Source: the human T2T-CHM13v2.0 reference genome, Homo sapiens
NCBI RefSeq assembly: GCF_009914755.1
Contig: NC_060936.1
Strand: one strand, 5' to 3'
Length of the DNA: 64,000 nt
Shown here: one piece after another, positions 14,284-32,806 of the stretch
Numbering within the stretch: position 1 is the stretch's first letter
Layout: every line of letters begins with the position of its first letter
Made by a program: the position numbers and the translations under genes
Notes under the pieces: model-generated
What the model was told of the DNA's origin: nothing
Seen by the model: the letters and a program-made list of their open reading frames with translations, nothing else
Database searches by the model: none

Positions 14284-14849
14284 TCAAAACAAAGAAAGAA
14301 ACAAACAAAAAACCCAAATATATGATTTTTTCGTTTCTTTGATGACCATCTGATTTTACTCTGACCACACCCACACACGTATATACACACAGTGTTTAAA
14401 ATGGTTGCTCATTAAATGCAGTATAACATCTTATAGCTCTTATATAGACATGTTAAAGAACAAAGATAACACATATAACATATATAACCCACATTATATG
14501 TAGCCATCAGTATTTGATTTTAAAATGAGCAAGATTTGAATAGGCACCTCATGGAAAGAGGAAAATTGAATGGCCAATAAATATATTAAAAGTTTCCTGT
14601 TCTCATTAGTAGTTAGGGAAATGCAAATGAAAACCAAATTGAGATACTATTTTACCTTTACCAGCCTGGCAGAAATTATCAGGTGTTGGTAAAGTATGGC
14701 ACCAAGGGAAAGCTGAGACGCTGCTGGTGGGAGTCAGTTGTCACTGCTAGTGTGCAAAATCATTTGGCAGCATCTAGTGAAGCTGAAGGTGTGCATATCC
14801 TACAGCCCAGCAAAGCCACTTCTAGGAATATTCTCACCCTTTAATAGAC

Positions 14850-15412
<563 letters not shown>

Positions 15413-15437
15413 TCAATATTAGAAATAAGCTTTGGTA

Positions 15438-16219
<782 letters not shown>

Positions 16220-16576
16220 TCAGAATATGATTCCATTTTTATATGGTTCAAATTAAGCTATAATTTTGAGGCATGTGGTCACTGGTAAAACTGTAATGGA
16301 AAGCAAGGAAGTGATTACTCTAAGATCAGGGTCATGGTTGGGAACGCGGAAACTGGAGTGATTATGTTCGGGAAGTGACCTCCAGAGGCTTCCAATTGCT
16401 CACAGTTCTGTTTCTTGATTAGGTGTGATATTGTGCATTTCATAATAAAAGGTTTTAAAAGAAGATTGTCTTTTTAAAAATTCTCTACCACATTTTTACC
16501 TTTTAACCACCCATTTTGAAAATAATGCCTTTTAAGCTGAAGGTGTGACTACAAATTATTGATGAACTTCCCTCAG

Positions 16577-16743
16577 GTGAACTACATAAAAGAACTGAAA
16601 TAATCAGGTCACTCACGAAGAAGGTAAAAGCTCTTGAATCCAATCAAATGGAATGCCAAACAGCTCTCCAAAAGACCCAACTACAGCTTCAGGAAATGGC
16701 TCAAAAGGCAACGCATTCTTCTCTTCTCTCTGAAGACCTTGAG
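16577..16743 (+). CDS. CCDC62: CCDC62 exon 3 (GELHKRTEIIRSLTKKVKALESNQMECQTALQKTQLQLQEMAQKATHSSLLSEDLE)
   Basis: Acceptor cctcAG ends 16576; donor GTTGGG at 16744; 167 nt, phase 1-0. Confidence 0.93.
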
Positions 16744-16987
16744 GTTGGGATTAGTTTTTGATAAGCTTCACTAGTCCAAATTCCCTTTGTGTTTCAGTTA
16801 TTGAAAAATTAGATTTGGCCGGGCACGGTGGCTCACTCCTGTAATGCCAACACTTTGGGAGGCCGAGGCAGGTGGATCACCTGAGGTCAGGAGTTCGAGA
16901 CCAGCCTGGCCAGCGTGGAGAAACCCCATCTCTACTAAAAATACAAAATTAGCCGGGCGTGGTGGCACACGCCTGTAGTCCCAGCTA

Positions 16988-17122
<135 letters not shown>

Positions 17123-17143
17123 TTAGATTTAAATGTTTCATTA

Positions 17144-17782
<639 letters not shown>

Positions 17783-17890
17783 TTAATCAACAATGAGTTA
17801 TTTTAGAAAGCTTTCCTCAAAGATGAGAGGGTATAATCAAGTTTTGGTAGCCTCAATGATGTTTTCTAAATTATTGTGTGTTTTTTTTGA

Positions 17891-18049
<159 letters not shown>

Positions 18050-18409
18050 TAGTAGAGACGGAGTTTCTCCATGTTGGCCAGGCTGGTCTCCAACGCCCGA
18101 CCTCAGGTGATCCGCCCGCCTCAGCCTCCCAAAGTGCTGGGATTACAGGTGTGAGCCACTGTGCCCAGCCAATTATTGTGTCTTATCTCATAATGTTAGT
18201 GGCATATTGGGAATAAAAACTGTAAGACTGGTTTTTTGAGCCCGGCATGGTGGCTCACACCTATAATCCCAGCACTTTGGGAGGCCAAGGTGGGCGGTGA
18301 CTTGAGGTCCAAAGTCTGAGATCAGCCTGGCCAACATGGTGAAACCCCGTCTCTACTAAAAATTCAAAAATTAACCAGGTGTGGTGGTGGGCACCTGTAG
18401 TCCCAACTA

Positions 18410-18875
<466 letters not shown>

Positions 18876-19139
18876 TGATCTGCCCGCCTCGGCCTCCCAA
18901 AGTGCTGGGATTACAGGTGTGAGCCACCGCGCCTGGCCCCATTCTTTTATTTCTTAGTGATATTTCATATACGTCTTGGTAATATAATGAGTCTTTATTC
19001 ATAATAGTATAGATTTTTATTTTATGGTTTTTAAAAGAATACTATTCTAGATAGTTTCTAGCTATAAAATAAGTAAAAACTATTCTAGAATATCTACTGA
19101 TTATGTTGCATGAAAAAGTGGAAGAGATCTTTTTTAACT

Positions 19140-19620
19140 AATACACTTTATTTATTTAGTGCATTTTTAGGTTCACAGCAAAATTGAGCAGAAAGTAGAG
19201 AGAGTTCTCATACACACTCTGTATCCACACACCCAGCCTTCCCCACGATCGACCTCCACACCGGGGTGGTGCATTTCTTATAATTGGTGAATCTTCATGG
19301 ATACCTCATTGTCACCTAAAGATTACAGTTAACATTAGGGGTCACTCTTTGTGTTTACATTCTATGGGGTTTTGACAGATGTGTAATGACACATATCCTC
19401 TACTATATTATAGTATGTACAGAATAGTTTCACTGTCCTAAAAATCCTCTGTGATCTACCCTTCATCCCTTCCTCCCCCTCACCCCTGGTCACACGAATC
19501 TTTTTACCGCCTCCATAGTTTTGCCTTTTCCACAATGTCATATGCTTGGAATCCTACAGTATATAGCCTTTTCAGATTGCCTTTTTTCACTTAGTAACAC
19601 ACATTTAAATTTCCTCCTAA
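19140..19620 (-). mobile_element. Old L1 (L1M-type) 3' fragment
   Basis: gcaaaattgagcagaaagt...ttttgccttttccacaatgtcatat...ttttttcacttagtaa is typical antisense L1M 3' sequence. Confidence 0.75.
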
Positions 19621-19646
19621 AGATATCTTTTTAAAAGTCTAATTAG

Positions 19647-20074
<428 letters not shown>

Positions 20075-21131
20075 CTACAAAAAATACAAAAATAAAAATT
20101 AACTGGGCATAATGGTGAGAACCTGTAGTCCCAGCTACTCGGGACACTGAGGTGGGAGGACTGCTTGAGCCCAGGAGTTCAAGGTTACTATGAGCTATGA
20201 GTGCACCACTGCACTCCAGCCTGGGTGACAGAGTGAGGTCCTATCTCTTTAAAACAAAAACAAAAACAAAAGGCCAGGTGCAGTGGCTCGCCTGTAATCC
20301 CAGCACTTTGGGAGGTCAAGGCGGGCAGATCACCCGAAGTCAAGAGTTCGAGACCAGCCCGGCCAACGTGGCGAAACCCTGTTTCTACTAAAAATACAAA
20401 AATTAGCCAGGCGTAGTGTTGTGTGCCTGTAATCCCAGCTACTTCAGAGGCTGAAGCAGGAGAATCACTTGAATCCAGGAGGCAGAGGTTGCAGTGAGCC
20501 GAGGTCATCCCACCACTGCACTCCAGCCTGGGCGACAGAGTGAGACTCAGTCTCAAAAAATAAAAAGCCTGATGGTTATTTTTCTCAACTAGTAAATAGA
20601 TTGTATACATAATAATTATATCCGACATAGCACTATGTGTTTTTTTAAATAATTGTTGAGTAGGAATACCCCAGTATGAGGTTCTTTCGACAAAGAATAT
20701 TTTTTAAATTCACACAATTCACTAATGCTACTTTATTTCAACAAAGGAAATCTCTTACTAATACAGTTCTCATTCATTCATTTTCTTGCCTCTTCCCAAC
20801 CTAAAATTACACATAAAAGATACTAGGAAATAGACATGTTTACAAGCATCACCAACATAATTCAATAGGGCAAATACAAGTACTGAGAGGATGGTAGAAT
20901 TAATAGAGAAATATATATTTGTATTCCTTTTTGATGACTGCTTTCTTAGGCCACTTCATTACTAAAACAATGTAGGCTTTATTAGCCCACTCCATTACCA
21001 ACTCTTTTTTGTTACTAACGAGTTAAACAAGGAAAAAACAAAATAGAGAAGTAAGCGCAGATTGTGGCTAGCAAGAGTAGTGAAAGCTTTAAAAGGACTC
21101 AAGCAGTATCATCTGTGTTGTTTTCTTGTAG

Positions 21132-21233
21132 GCTAGAAACGAAACTCTCAGCAACACGTTAGTGGAACTTTCTGCCCAGGTAGGACAGCTACAAGCTCGA
21201 GAACAAGCTCTTACGACAATGATAAAGCTAAAG
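21132..21233 (+). CDS. CCDC62: CCDC62 exon 4 (ARNETLSNTLVELSAQVGQLQAREQALTTMIKLK)
   Basis: Acceptor ttcttgtAG ends 21131; donor GTAATC at 21234; 102 nt, phase 0-0. Confidence 0.95.
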
Positions 21234-22092
21234 GTAATCAAAAATAAGAATTCCTCCATTTGCCAGAGTGCTTGGTAGTTATATCCATATTCATTATCTT
21301 ACCTAAGTCGCTAGGATCCCAGAAATGTGAAGCTACCAACGTTGCTCTTGTTTTTTAAAACGCCCATTTAGAAATGAGGGAAACAAGTTTAAAATGATGT
21401 TCCCAAGGCATGAAGAAAGGAGGCAGGACTCTGCTTCTGGTCTTCTGTCTCCAAGGCCCATTCTGTGGGCTGGCAGGTCTGAATTAACTTGTTTTCTCCC
21501 CGGGTATCCATTATTAGGTCTCATAGAGTTATGGGCCATTAGATTGCTTGAGAGGTTTTTTTTGTTTTGTTTTGTTTTGAGACGGAGTCTCGCTCTGTGG
21601 CCCAGGCTGGAGTGCAGTGGCTCCGTCTCAGCTCGCTGCAAGCTCCGCCTCCCAGGTTCACGCCATTCTCCTGCCTCAGCCTCTTGAGTAGCTGGGACTA
21701 CAGGCGCCCGCCACCACATCCGGCTAATTTTTTTTGTATTTTTAGTAGAGACGGGGTTTCACCGTGTTAGCCAGGATGGTCTCGATCTCCTGACCTCGTG
21801 ATCCGCCCGCCTCGGCCTCCCAAAGTGCTGGGATTACAGGCGTGAGCCACCGCGCTCAGCCAGAGGTTTTTTTAATGGAGAGAAAAACCATCTGCAATCA
21901 AGCAGTTGATGTAGTCACTAACATGCAATATACAACGATACACACTCTCCTGCTGTTACACATGTCATTGACAATTGGTATTTAAGGGAACAATGTTGGT
22001 ATAATGAAATGCTCACGCTAATAAATATGTGATTTTTCTCAGCACATTGTTTTCAAGTGATTGGGGCAAGTGCTGTTAAAATTAAAGAGAAA

Positions 22093-22385
<293 letters not shown>

Positions 22386-22666
22386 TTAAATTAAAGAGAA
22401 AATATTAAAATCTACAGTCATGTCTTTAGTCAAGTAGCAGACAGTTTAGTGGCTTCAACAACCTCTCTGGTTTCCATCATAGCAAACTCTGGCAAAGCTA
22501 TAGGTATGTCTGAAGGTGCTGCCAAGGCATTTCCCCACCATTAAAACAGTGGGTGCGTTAGGAAGGCTGTGCTCCTGGAGGCCGGGTGCCGTGGCTCATG
22601 CCTATAATCCCAGCACTTTGGGAAGCTGAGGTGGGTGGATCGCTTGAGGTCAGGAGTTTGAGACTA

Positions 22667-22989
<323 letters not shown>

Positions 22990-22992
22990 TCA

Positions 22993-23325
<333 letters not shown>

Positions 23326-23869
23326 TTAATGGAACTGTGTTCCTGTACTTATTAGAACGGTTATTTTTTGCTACTGACCTGGTCACAAAGTTCCATGGGT
23401 TTTTGCATGGCCTGCCCCAACCCTATTATTCTATAAGTCCTAGTGTGAGATGTGCAGACAATGTGATTTTTCAGGAGTGCATTTATGATGCTGTAGCAGA
23501 AATGTTTAGACTTCAGTAGGGGTAAAACCTCTTAATAACAGTTATTCCAGGTGAGTGGGGGAGGGATAGAACTTTTACTTATTTTTATACTTTTAGGTGT
23601 TGTTTGAGTTGCTTTTCAAGAAGCAGATACCTTTTTTGGTAACTAAAACTGCCTCAACAATTAAGAGATTCTAATTTGGGAGATTTGGAATGATGTTGTT
23701 GTGGAGTCTGTCATGTTAACAAGCTGGAAAATGGGAGGGAATGATGGGCCATTAGACTTACCTGTATAATCCAGAGGACGATTTTCCCATCCAGGGGCCA
23801 CCCACCCTCTTGCTGCTATTATAGTTTCTTAGGTAATGGAATGGTCTGGCTCTAACTTTTTGAGAGAGA

Positions 23870-24105
23870 GTAAGGGGTAGTGGTTCAGTACATAGTGTCT
23901 GAGGCAGCCAGCTAGGTTCAAATGGTGGCTCCACCACTAACTAGCTGTGTAACCGTGGGCAAGGAACGCAGCCTTTCTGTTGACTCATCTGTCACTTGGC
24001 AAGAACAATAGTACCACCCTCATAGAGTTACTGTAAAGATTAAATGAATTCATATGCGAAAAATGCTTAGAGTGGAACCTGGCACACGATAAGATCTTAG
24101 TGTTA
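23870..24105 (+). mobile_element. MIR
   Basis: ggttcaaat...ccaccactaactagctgtgtaacc...gggcaag...ctcatctgt...taaagattaaatga. Confidence 0.82.
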
Positions 24106-24170
24106 TCTTTTCTTCTTGGTTAATTGGAATTTAAGAATCTAGGATAACCATTTTCAAATTTGGTTTTTAG

Positions 24171-24342
24171 GACAAAGATATTATTGAGGCAGTTAATCAC
24201 ATTGCAGATTGTTCGGGTAAATTTAAAATGCTAGAGCATGCCCTACGTGATGCCAAGATGGCGGAGACTTGTATTGTGAAAGAAAAGCAAGATTATAAGC
24301 AGAAATTGAAGGCACTTAAGATTGAAGTCAACAAACTAAAAG
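24171..24342 (+). CDS. CCDC62: CCDC62 exon 5 (DKDIIEAVNHIADCSGKFKMLEHALRDAKMAETCIVKEKQDYKQKLKALKIEVNKLK)
   Basis: Acceptor tttttAG ends 24170; donor GTAAGG at 24343; 172 nt, phase 0-1. Confidence 0.95.
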
Positions 24343-25466
24343 GTAAGGAAGAGACCTACATTTAAGATACAAATGTATTATCTTGGGAATATAGTTTTTC
24401 ATCTGGGTTCACTTAATCTTATGCTTGAGAGTAGATCAATTCCTGGCCTTAGACCCTAACGTGAAATATCCATTTCATTTATATAGGATTATGCTGCAAT
24501 TTGTGTCTTATAAGATATATAACAGAGTTGGGGAAAACTGCAGAATGTATCATATTTTAAAGTAATCCTGCCTTAGTTGAGGTGGCTGTACCATTAGCTA
24601 TCGCTAATACATGCTTTGTGGCAGACAACATCAGTATCTCAGTGGCAGACAGTCGTAGCATTTATTAAACCCACATGTCTAGAGGCAAATGGGGGAGTTG
24701 GCTGACTGTGGTTGGGCCTCACTGAGCTTCCCATCTGGGCAGTTTTGGCTCACACATTTCATCGTCTTGCTATCAGGCTAGCCTGGGCATTTCTTCCCAT
24801 GGTGAGGGCAGAAACTTCTGATTCTGAAATTAGGAATTTTTATTTTTGCCGATTTATTTATTTTCGACAGAATCTCACTCTGTCACCCAGGCTGGAGTGC
24901 GGTGGTGCAATCTTGGTTCACCACTGCCTCCACCTCCTGGGTTCAAGCTATTCTCCTGTCTCAGCTTCCCGAGTAGCTGGGATTACAGGCACCTACCACC
25001 ATGCCTGGCTAATTTTTGGATGTTTAGTAGAGACAGAGTTTTGCCATGTTGGCCAGACTAGTCTGGAACTCCCGACCTCAGGTGAATCCCTCTGCCTTGG
25101 CCTCCCAAAGTGCTGAGATCTACAGGCGTGAGCCAACACACCCAGCCGATCTTTGCTGATTTAACTTAAAAGATTCAGCATTCAAAAATGTTGTCCTTAT
25201 GATGCCTTGACCTATGGTTAGCCATAGGTCTTATCTCCATTTGTAGCTTCAGCTAAAACCATAATCGTATTATCATCCCCTTGACAGCAGGAACAGACTC
25301 TGCTTCTCTTTTTCAGTGTACTGTTAATAGCATGGCACAAGGGCTACACTCTAGGTATTTGGTATTTATTGAATGTTTATATACACCGAGGTAAAATATT
25401 CAAGTAGAAAGAAGTCTGTTCTGTCAATATTTATATACTAAAAACATTTTATAAATTCAATATTAA

Positions 25467-25790
<324 letters not shown>

Positions 25791-26094
25791 TAGTGGCTGG
25801 GCATGATGGCTCACATCTGTAATCCTAGCACTTTGGGAGGCCAAAGCAGGCAGATTGCTTGAGGCCAGGACTTCAAGAAGACCAGCCTGGATAACACGGC
25901 AGAACCCTGTCTCTACAAAAAATTAGCCAGGCATGGTGGTGTGATCCTGTAGTCCCAGCTACTCGAGAGGCAAAGTGAAAGGATTTCTTGATCCCAGGAG
26001 GTGGAGGTTGCAGTGAGCCAAGATTGGCCACTACACTTCAGCCTGGGCAACAGAGCAAGATCCTGCCTCAAAAAAATAAAAAAAAAGAAGAGGA

Positions 26095-26385
26095 ATTTTT
26101 ATAGAGCTCAATCTCCAGCCCTCCCTCCCCTTCCTGGAGGTCCACAAGTGGGACTGCAGGTTCCAGCCCTGTCTTCACTTGGTGTTTCTGGTGGCTGTCT
26201 GCATCCTGAGGCCACGTAGGAGCTCCACCCTGAGTCACCTCGTTAGCATGTAGTCTGGTGTAATCAACTGACTCTTCATGAATGACAAAAGATGCTTCTG
26301 TCACTTAGGAAATTCCACAAGTTTTAGGAGCTCTGTTCTCCAGGAACAGAGGACAAAAACCACATCTATTTCTTCTTATACCACA
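26095..26385. mobile_element. MER21-like LTR fragment
   Basis: ctcaatctccagccc...gagtcacctc.ttagcat...ggaaattcca...ttttaggagctctgt...ttataccaca matches recalled MER21. Confidence 0.75.
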
Positions 26386-26913
26386 GACATACTCAAGGAA
26401 CAGAAGGAAAGGAGGGAACGGCGGTGGGGAGATGGGCAGGTCAGGTCATGCTGGGCTCTGCAGTTTGTGGTAATGGATTTGGATTTCATCCTCAGTGCAG
26501 TAGCAAGGCTTCTCACTGAGAAATGACACGAGCAGATTTTTATTTTTAGTTTTATTTATTTATTTATTTTTGAGACAGAATTTCACTCTTGTCGCCCAGG
26601 CTGGAGTGCAATGGCGCGATCTCAGCTCACTGCAACCCCCGCCTGCCTCTCAAGCAATTCTCCTGCCTCAGCCTTCTGAGTAGCTGGGATTACAGTCGCC
26701 CACCACCACACCCAGCTAATTTTTGTATTTTTAGTAGAGACGGGGTTTTACCAGGTTGGCCAGGCTGGTTTCGAACTCCTGACCTCAGGTGATCCACCCG
26801 CCTCAGCCTCCCAAAGTGTTGGGATTACAGGTGTGAGCCACTGCACTTGGCCTTTATTTTTATTTTACTTTACTTTTTTTTGAGATGGAGTCTCACTCTG
26901 TTGTCCAGGTTGA

Positions 26914-27174
<261 letters not shown>

Positions 27175-27433
27175 TAAAAGATTGCTCTGTGTACACTGGG
27201 CTGTCACAGGAGAGGCAAGGCTGGTGCAGGGAGGTCAGTCAGATGAGAGCAAGCGAAGCCTCCAACCAGGGGTCCTTGCCAGGTGTGGAGATGTTGGCTG
27301 TGAAACAGATTTTGTCTATAGATCCATCAGGACCGGAAGGAGCCGCTGAGGATGTGAGAGTTAGGCATAGTGTGTATATGAGGACTGGAACCTAGTATTT
27401 ATTTGAGGACTTTCTTTTTCTTCTGTTGTGAAG

Positions 27434-27535
27434 AGGACCTCAATGAAAAGACGACAGAAAATAATGAGCAACGAGAAGAGATCATTCGCCTCAAGCAAGA
27501 GAAAAGTTGCCTGCACGATGAATTGCTTTTTACTG
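27434..27535 (+). CDS. CCDC62: CCDC62 exon 6 (EDLNEKTTENNEQREEIIRLKQEKSCLHDELLFT)
   Basis: Polypyrimidine tract, acceptor aAG ends 27433; donor GTAAAA at 27536; 102 nt, phase 1-1. Confidence 0.94.
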
Positions 27536-27591
27536 GTAAAACAGATGATCGAATGTATTTGTAACCTAGACTTGCAATGATGACAGGCTGA

Positions 27592-28213
<622 letters not shown>

Positions 28214-28394
28214 TGAGCCATCACGCCAGGCCTTTTTGTTTGTTTTTAACACCCTTTGTGGGACCGATGGTGGACCAAGCAGCGAGTGTTAATGCTGCCA
28301 TCCCGTTCCCAGTCACTATTTCCTCTTCTGTAAAATGAGCTATTCTCCCTTCCAGCTTAAGCGTGTGACTCTGCTTCTTACTAAAAACATAACA

Positions 28395-28670
28395 TAGATG
28401 CTCCTTGACTTACAGGGTTACATTCTGATAAACCCCTCGCAAGTCAAAAATGCATTTAATGAAGCCAACCCAGCCACCAGCATAGCTCAGCCTAGCCTGC
28501 CTTAAACATGCACAGAACACTCGCATTAGCCTGCATTTGGACGAAATCATCTCACACAAAGGCTTTTTTATAATAAATTGTTGAATATATCATGTAATTT
28601 ACTGAAAGCGAAAAACAGAATGGTTGTATGGGTGCTCAGAGTAGGGGTTTTTTAATGAATGTGTACCCCT
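28395..28670 (+). mobile_element. MER47/Tigger5-type (TcMar) non-autonomous DNA transposon, 3'-truncated
   Basis: Starts AGATGCTCCTTGACTTAC (TIR-like); internal gcctagcct.ccttaaac...gaaaaacagaatggttgtatgggt; subfamily name from recall. Confidence 0.72.
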
Positions 28671-29245
28671 AGTAAAAGGGGGACTGAGGGTAGGTATCAG
28701 TAGACCAAAAAGTGTTCATATGATTTTCTCTTCGGAACTTTACCTCTAAATCAATGACTTTCCTAACACAAACCACTGAAAAGAAAGCCCAGTAGAATCA
28801 TCTTGGCTGGCAGGGATGTCAACAAGCTCTCTATGTCAGTCATTCTCAGTTGGGAGTGGAGAAGTAGGCCTTCACCAGTGGAAACTCTGAGATACTGGGG
28901 GTAGGTAAGGAATATGGCAGGGAATGGAATGCAGTTTGTCTGTAAATTAATGGGAAAAAAATTGAGGCTCATCACAGCCTCAAACTCCTGGACTCAAGGA
29001 ATCCTCCCGCCTTGGCCTTCCTAGTAGCCTGGCTAAATTTTTAATTTTTTTGCAGAGAAGGGGTCTCACTATGTTGCCCAGGCTGGTCTCTAGCTCCTGG
29101 GATCAAGCGATCCCCTTGCCTCGGCCTCTCAAAATGCTGGGATTACAGGTGCGAGCCACCATGCCCGACCTAAGAAGTTTTAAGTGAAATGGAATTCTTA
29201 ATTTTAATCTCTTGTGATTAAAGATCGGGGTGAAAGTGTGGTATT

Positions 29246-29264
29246 CTGCCACTAGAGGTCACTA
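29246..29264 (+). promoter_or_regulatory. Candidate CTCF motif
   Basis: CTGCCACTAGAGGTCACTA is close to the CTCF core CCAC(C/T)AG(A/G)GGGC(A/G)C, and lies in unique sequence. Confidence 0.5.
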
Positions 29265-30836
29265 TTTTCACCATTTCTAGGATTGCTGCATCTGCAAGTA
29301 GTGATAACCCGTTAACGCTGCTAAAGATATCACATATTTGTAGCTTTACAGTTGCATTCAAACAGTCCTTGGACCAGCATTTGTACGCCAGGTGCCCTGC
29401 GATATGCTCAGAAGCTCACAGGCCCACAGAATTCACTACTATACAAATGCTATGCATAAAATGCTATGGGAGGTCAAAGGAAAGAACAAAGCTTAAAGGA
29501 TACGTTAGTCTCTTTTCTTTTTGATTAATCACTTTTTACCCATGCACTCTACTATGTATTACTAAGTAAAATACATGGAATTTGTTAGCTAATATTATAA
29601 TAAATCGATTTTGTGAAATATTTTTATCATATACTAAGCAGATTTCTTTACCCAGGCTGGAGTGCAGTGGTACAATCGCAGCTCACTGCAGCCTCAAACT
29701 CTGAGGCTCAAGTGATCCTCCCACCTCAGCCTCCCAGGTAGGTGGGACCACAGGCACATGCCATCACACATGCCTAATTTTTAAATTTTTTGTATGGATG
29801 AGGTTCCACTATGTTGCCCAGTCTGGTCTGGAACTGCTGGGCTCAAGAGATCCTCCTACCTCTGCCTCCCAAAGCCCCAAAGCGTTGGGATTACAGGCAT
29901 GAGCCACCATGCCTGTCATCCTAAATTGATTCCTTAAACATCTTCTTAACTAAAGACAATCTCACACCATTGTCTGAAAACAATTTTTGTATGTTTTATT
30001 CTTCTTTTTCAAAATATAGACAATTGGTAGATTTGCATGTTTCAATTATAAAAGTGAACAAAGCCTACAAAAGAATTTATTTATTTAGTAGAGACAGGGT
30101 CTTGCTCTGTTGCCCAGCCTGGAGTGCAGTGGTGCAATCATAGCTCACTGCAGCCTCGACTGTCTGGGTTCAAGTGATCCTGCCACCTCAGCCTCCTGAG
30201 TTGCTGGGACTACAGGCATGTGTCATCACACCTAGCTAATTTTATTTTATTTTATTTATTTTTAGTAGAGGCAGGGTCTCGCTATGTGGCCCAGGCTGCT
30301 GGTCTTGAACTCCTAGCCTCAGATAATCCTCCTGCCTTGGCCTCCCAAAGTACTAAGATTATAGGCATGAGCCATCGTGCTTGGCTTAAGCCCAAAAAAG
30401 AATTTTTAAAGGGCATAACATGATAATATGCCGTCAAGTGCTATGGCTAAATGTCACGATTTTTTTTGTTTTTGTTTTTTTTCGGAGATGGAGTCTTGGT
30501 CTGTCGCCTAGGCTGGAGTGTAGTGGTGCGATCTTGTCTCACTTCAACTTCCGCCTCCTGGGTTCAAGCAATTCTCATGCCTCAGCCTCCGGAGTAGCTG
30601 GGACTGCAGGCACACGTCACGACACCTGGCTAATTTTTTGTACTTTAGTAGAGACGTGGTTTCATTGTGTTGCCCAGGCTGGTCTCGAACTCTTGAGCTC
30701 AGACAATCCACCCGCCTCGGCCTCCCAAAGTGTTAGGATTACAGGTGTGAGCCACCGCACCCAGTCAGATGTTACCATGTTTTATTTGAAGTTGGAAGAT
30801 GTCTTAAAGTTTTACTTTTAAGTTTAAAACTTGTAG

Positions 30837-31076
<240 letters not shown>

Positions 31077-31909
31077 TGATCTGCCCACCTTGGCCTCCCA
31101 AAGTGCTGGGATTACAGGCGTGTTCTTTTACATAGGCTGAGGGACATGTTTTGCTTGTACATAACTAGGAGTAAGGAGTTTGCAAAGAGAACAATGATAC
31201 TAGTTTACATTTCTGTGGGTCCTGACAGTCCTGTAGGTGAGCTCTTATAGACTGAGTGTCTGCCTCAGGTCTCCCAGGCGGTAAAAGGCAGAGTCTTGAT
31301 CAGAATTCAGCAGGTTCCAGGCGTCTAAGTCCCTTCCCATTGTTTTAGCTTAGGCTGCTTGTTCAGGCAGATAGCAGCAGAGAGTTCCTTACCTCTGTTT
31401 TCTGTGGCCAACTTGTGAAAATAGTCAGACCCAATCCACTTTGATCTCTCAGCTAAACCCAGCCATGGAGAAAACTATCTGGACTAGGGAAACATTTATA
31501 TTTACATTGGCATTGCCTCTTATGCAAAAGTAGATTATTCTGAAATCAGAGATTAAGGCAACATTCAAATATACATATATTTTTTTTTTCTTTGACCACC
31601 TGCCCTCCCCCACCGCCCCCCGACAACCCCACTGGCCAACATTCAGATATATTTAAAATTACTCTGAGGGCCAGGTAAAGTAGTTGGCTTTTGTTTAGGG
31701 ACCATGCTGTATCCAAAACAAGTATTTATTTATTTTTTTTAAGAGACAGTGTCTTGCTGTGTTGACTCAGGCTGGTCTCAAACTCCTGGGCTCAAGCAAT
31801 CTTCCCACCTCAGCCTCCAAAGTAGCTGGAAATATAACAAAACAGGTTTATTTAAACATTAGGAAATATAACAAAACAGGTTTATTTAAACCCTGCTTGG
31901 ATGCTGTTA

Positions 31910-32107
<198 letters not shown>

Positions 32108-32309
32108 TCAAGACCAGCTTGGGCAACATAGTGAGACCCCCATCTCTATTTTTAAAAATATTTTATCTTTTAAAATTTTTAAATAAATAATTGAAGTAAT
32201 ATGTATTAAGTATAGAGATTTGGAAATCATCCTTATTCTATCTCCCCACAAAAGGAAAGACAAATAATCCCTGAATCTACAAATCACTTCTTTTTTTTTT
32301 TTTTTTTAA

Positions 32310-32453
<144 letters not shown>

Positions 32454-32717
32454 TAAATTTGTATTTTTAGTAGAAATGGGGTTTCACCATGTTGGCCAGG
32501 CCAGTCTCGAACTCTTGACCTCAAGTGGTCTACCCACCTCAGCCTCCCAAAGTGCTGCAATTACAGGTGTGAGCCACTTCGTTCAGCCCATTCTGCTATT
32601 TTTAAGTACAGGAACAACAACAACAAAAATGTTAGCTGAGCATTAAATTGTTGGAAATGGAGAGGTTTGTGTGGCTATAGCTGATGAAAAATGTTAATAA
32701 TACTTGTTCTTAAATAG

Positions 32718-32806
32718 TAGAGAGAGAAAAGAGGAAAGATGAATTGCTTAATATTGCGAAGTCAAAGCAAGAACGCACAAATTCAGAACTGCACAATCTG
32801 AGACAG
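32718..32806 (+). CDS. CCDC62: CCDC62 exon 7 (VEREKRKDELLNIAKSKQERTNSELHNLRQ)
   Basis: Tandem acceptor TAG TAG (ends 32717 or 32720); donor GTATGT at 32807; 89 nt, phase 1-0. Confidence 0.94.
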
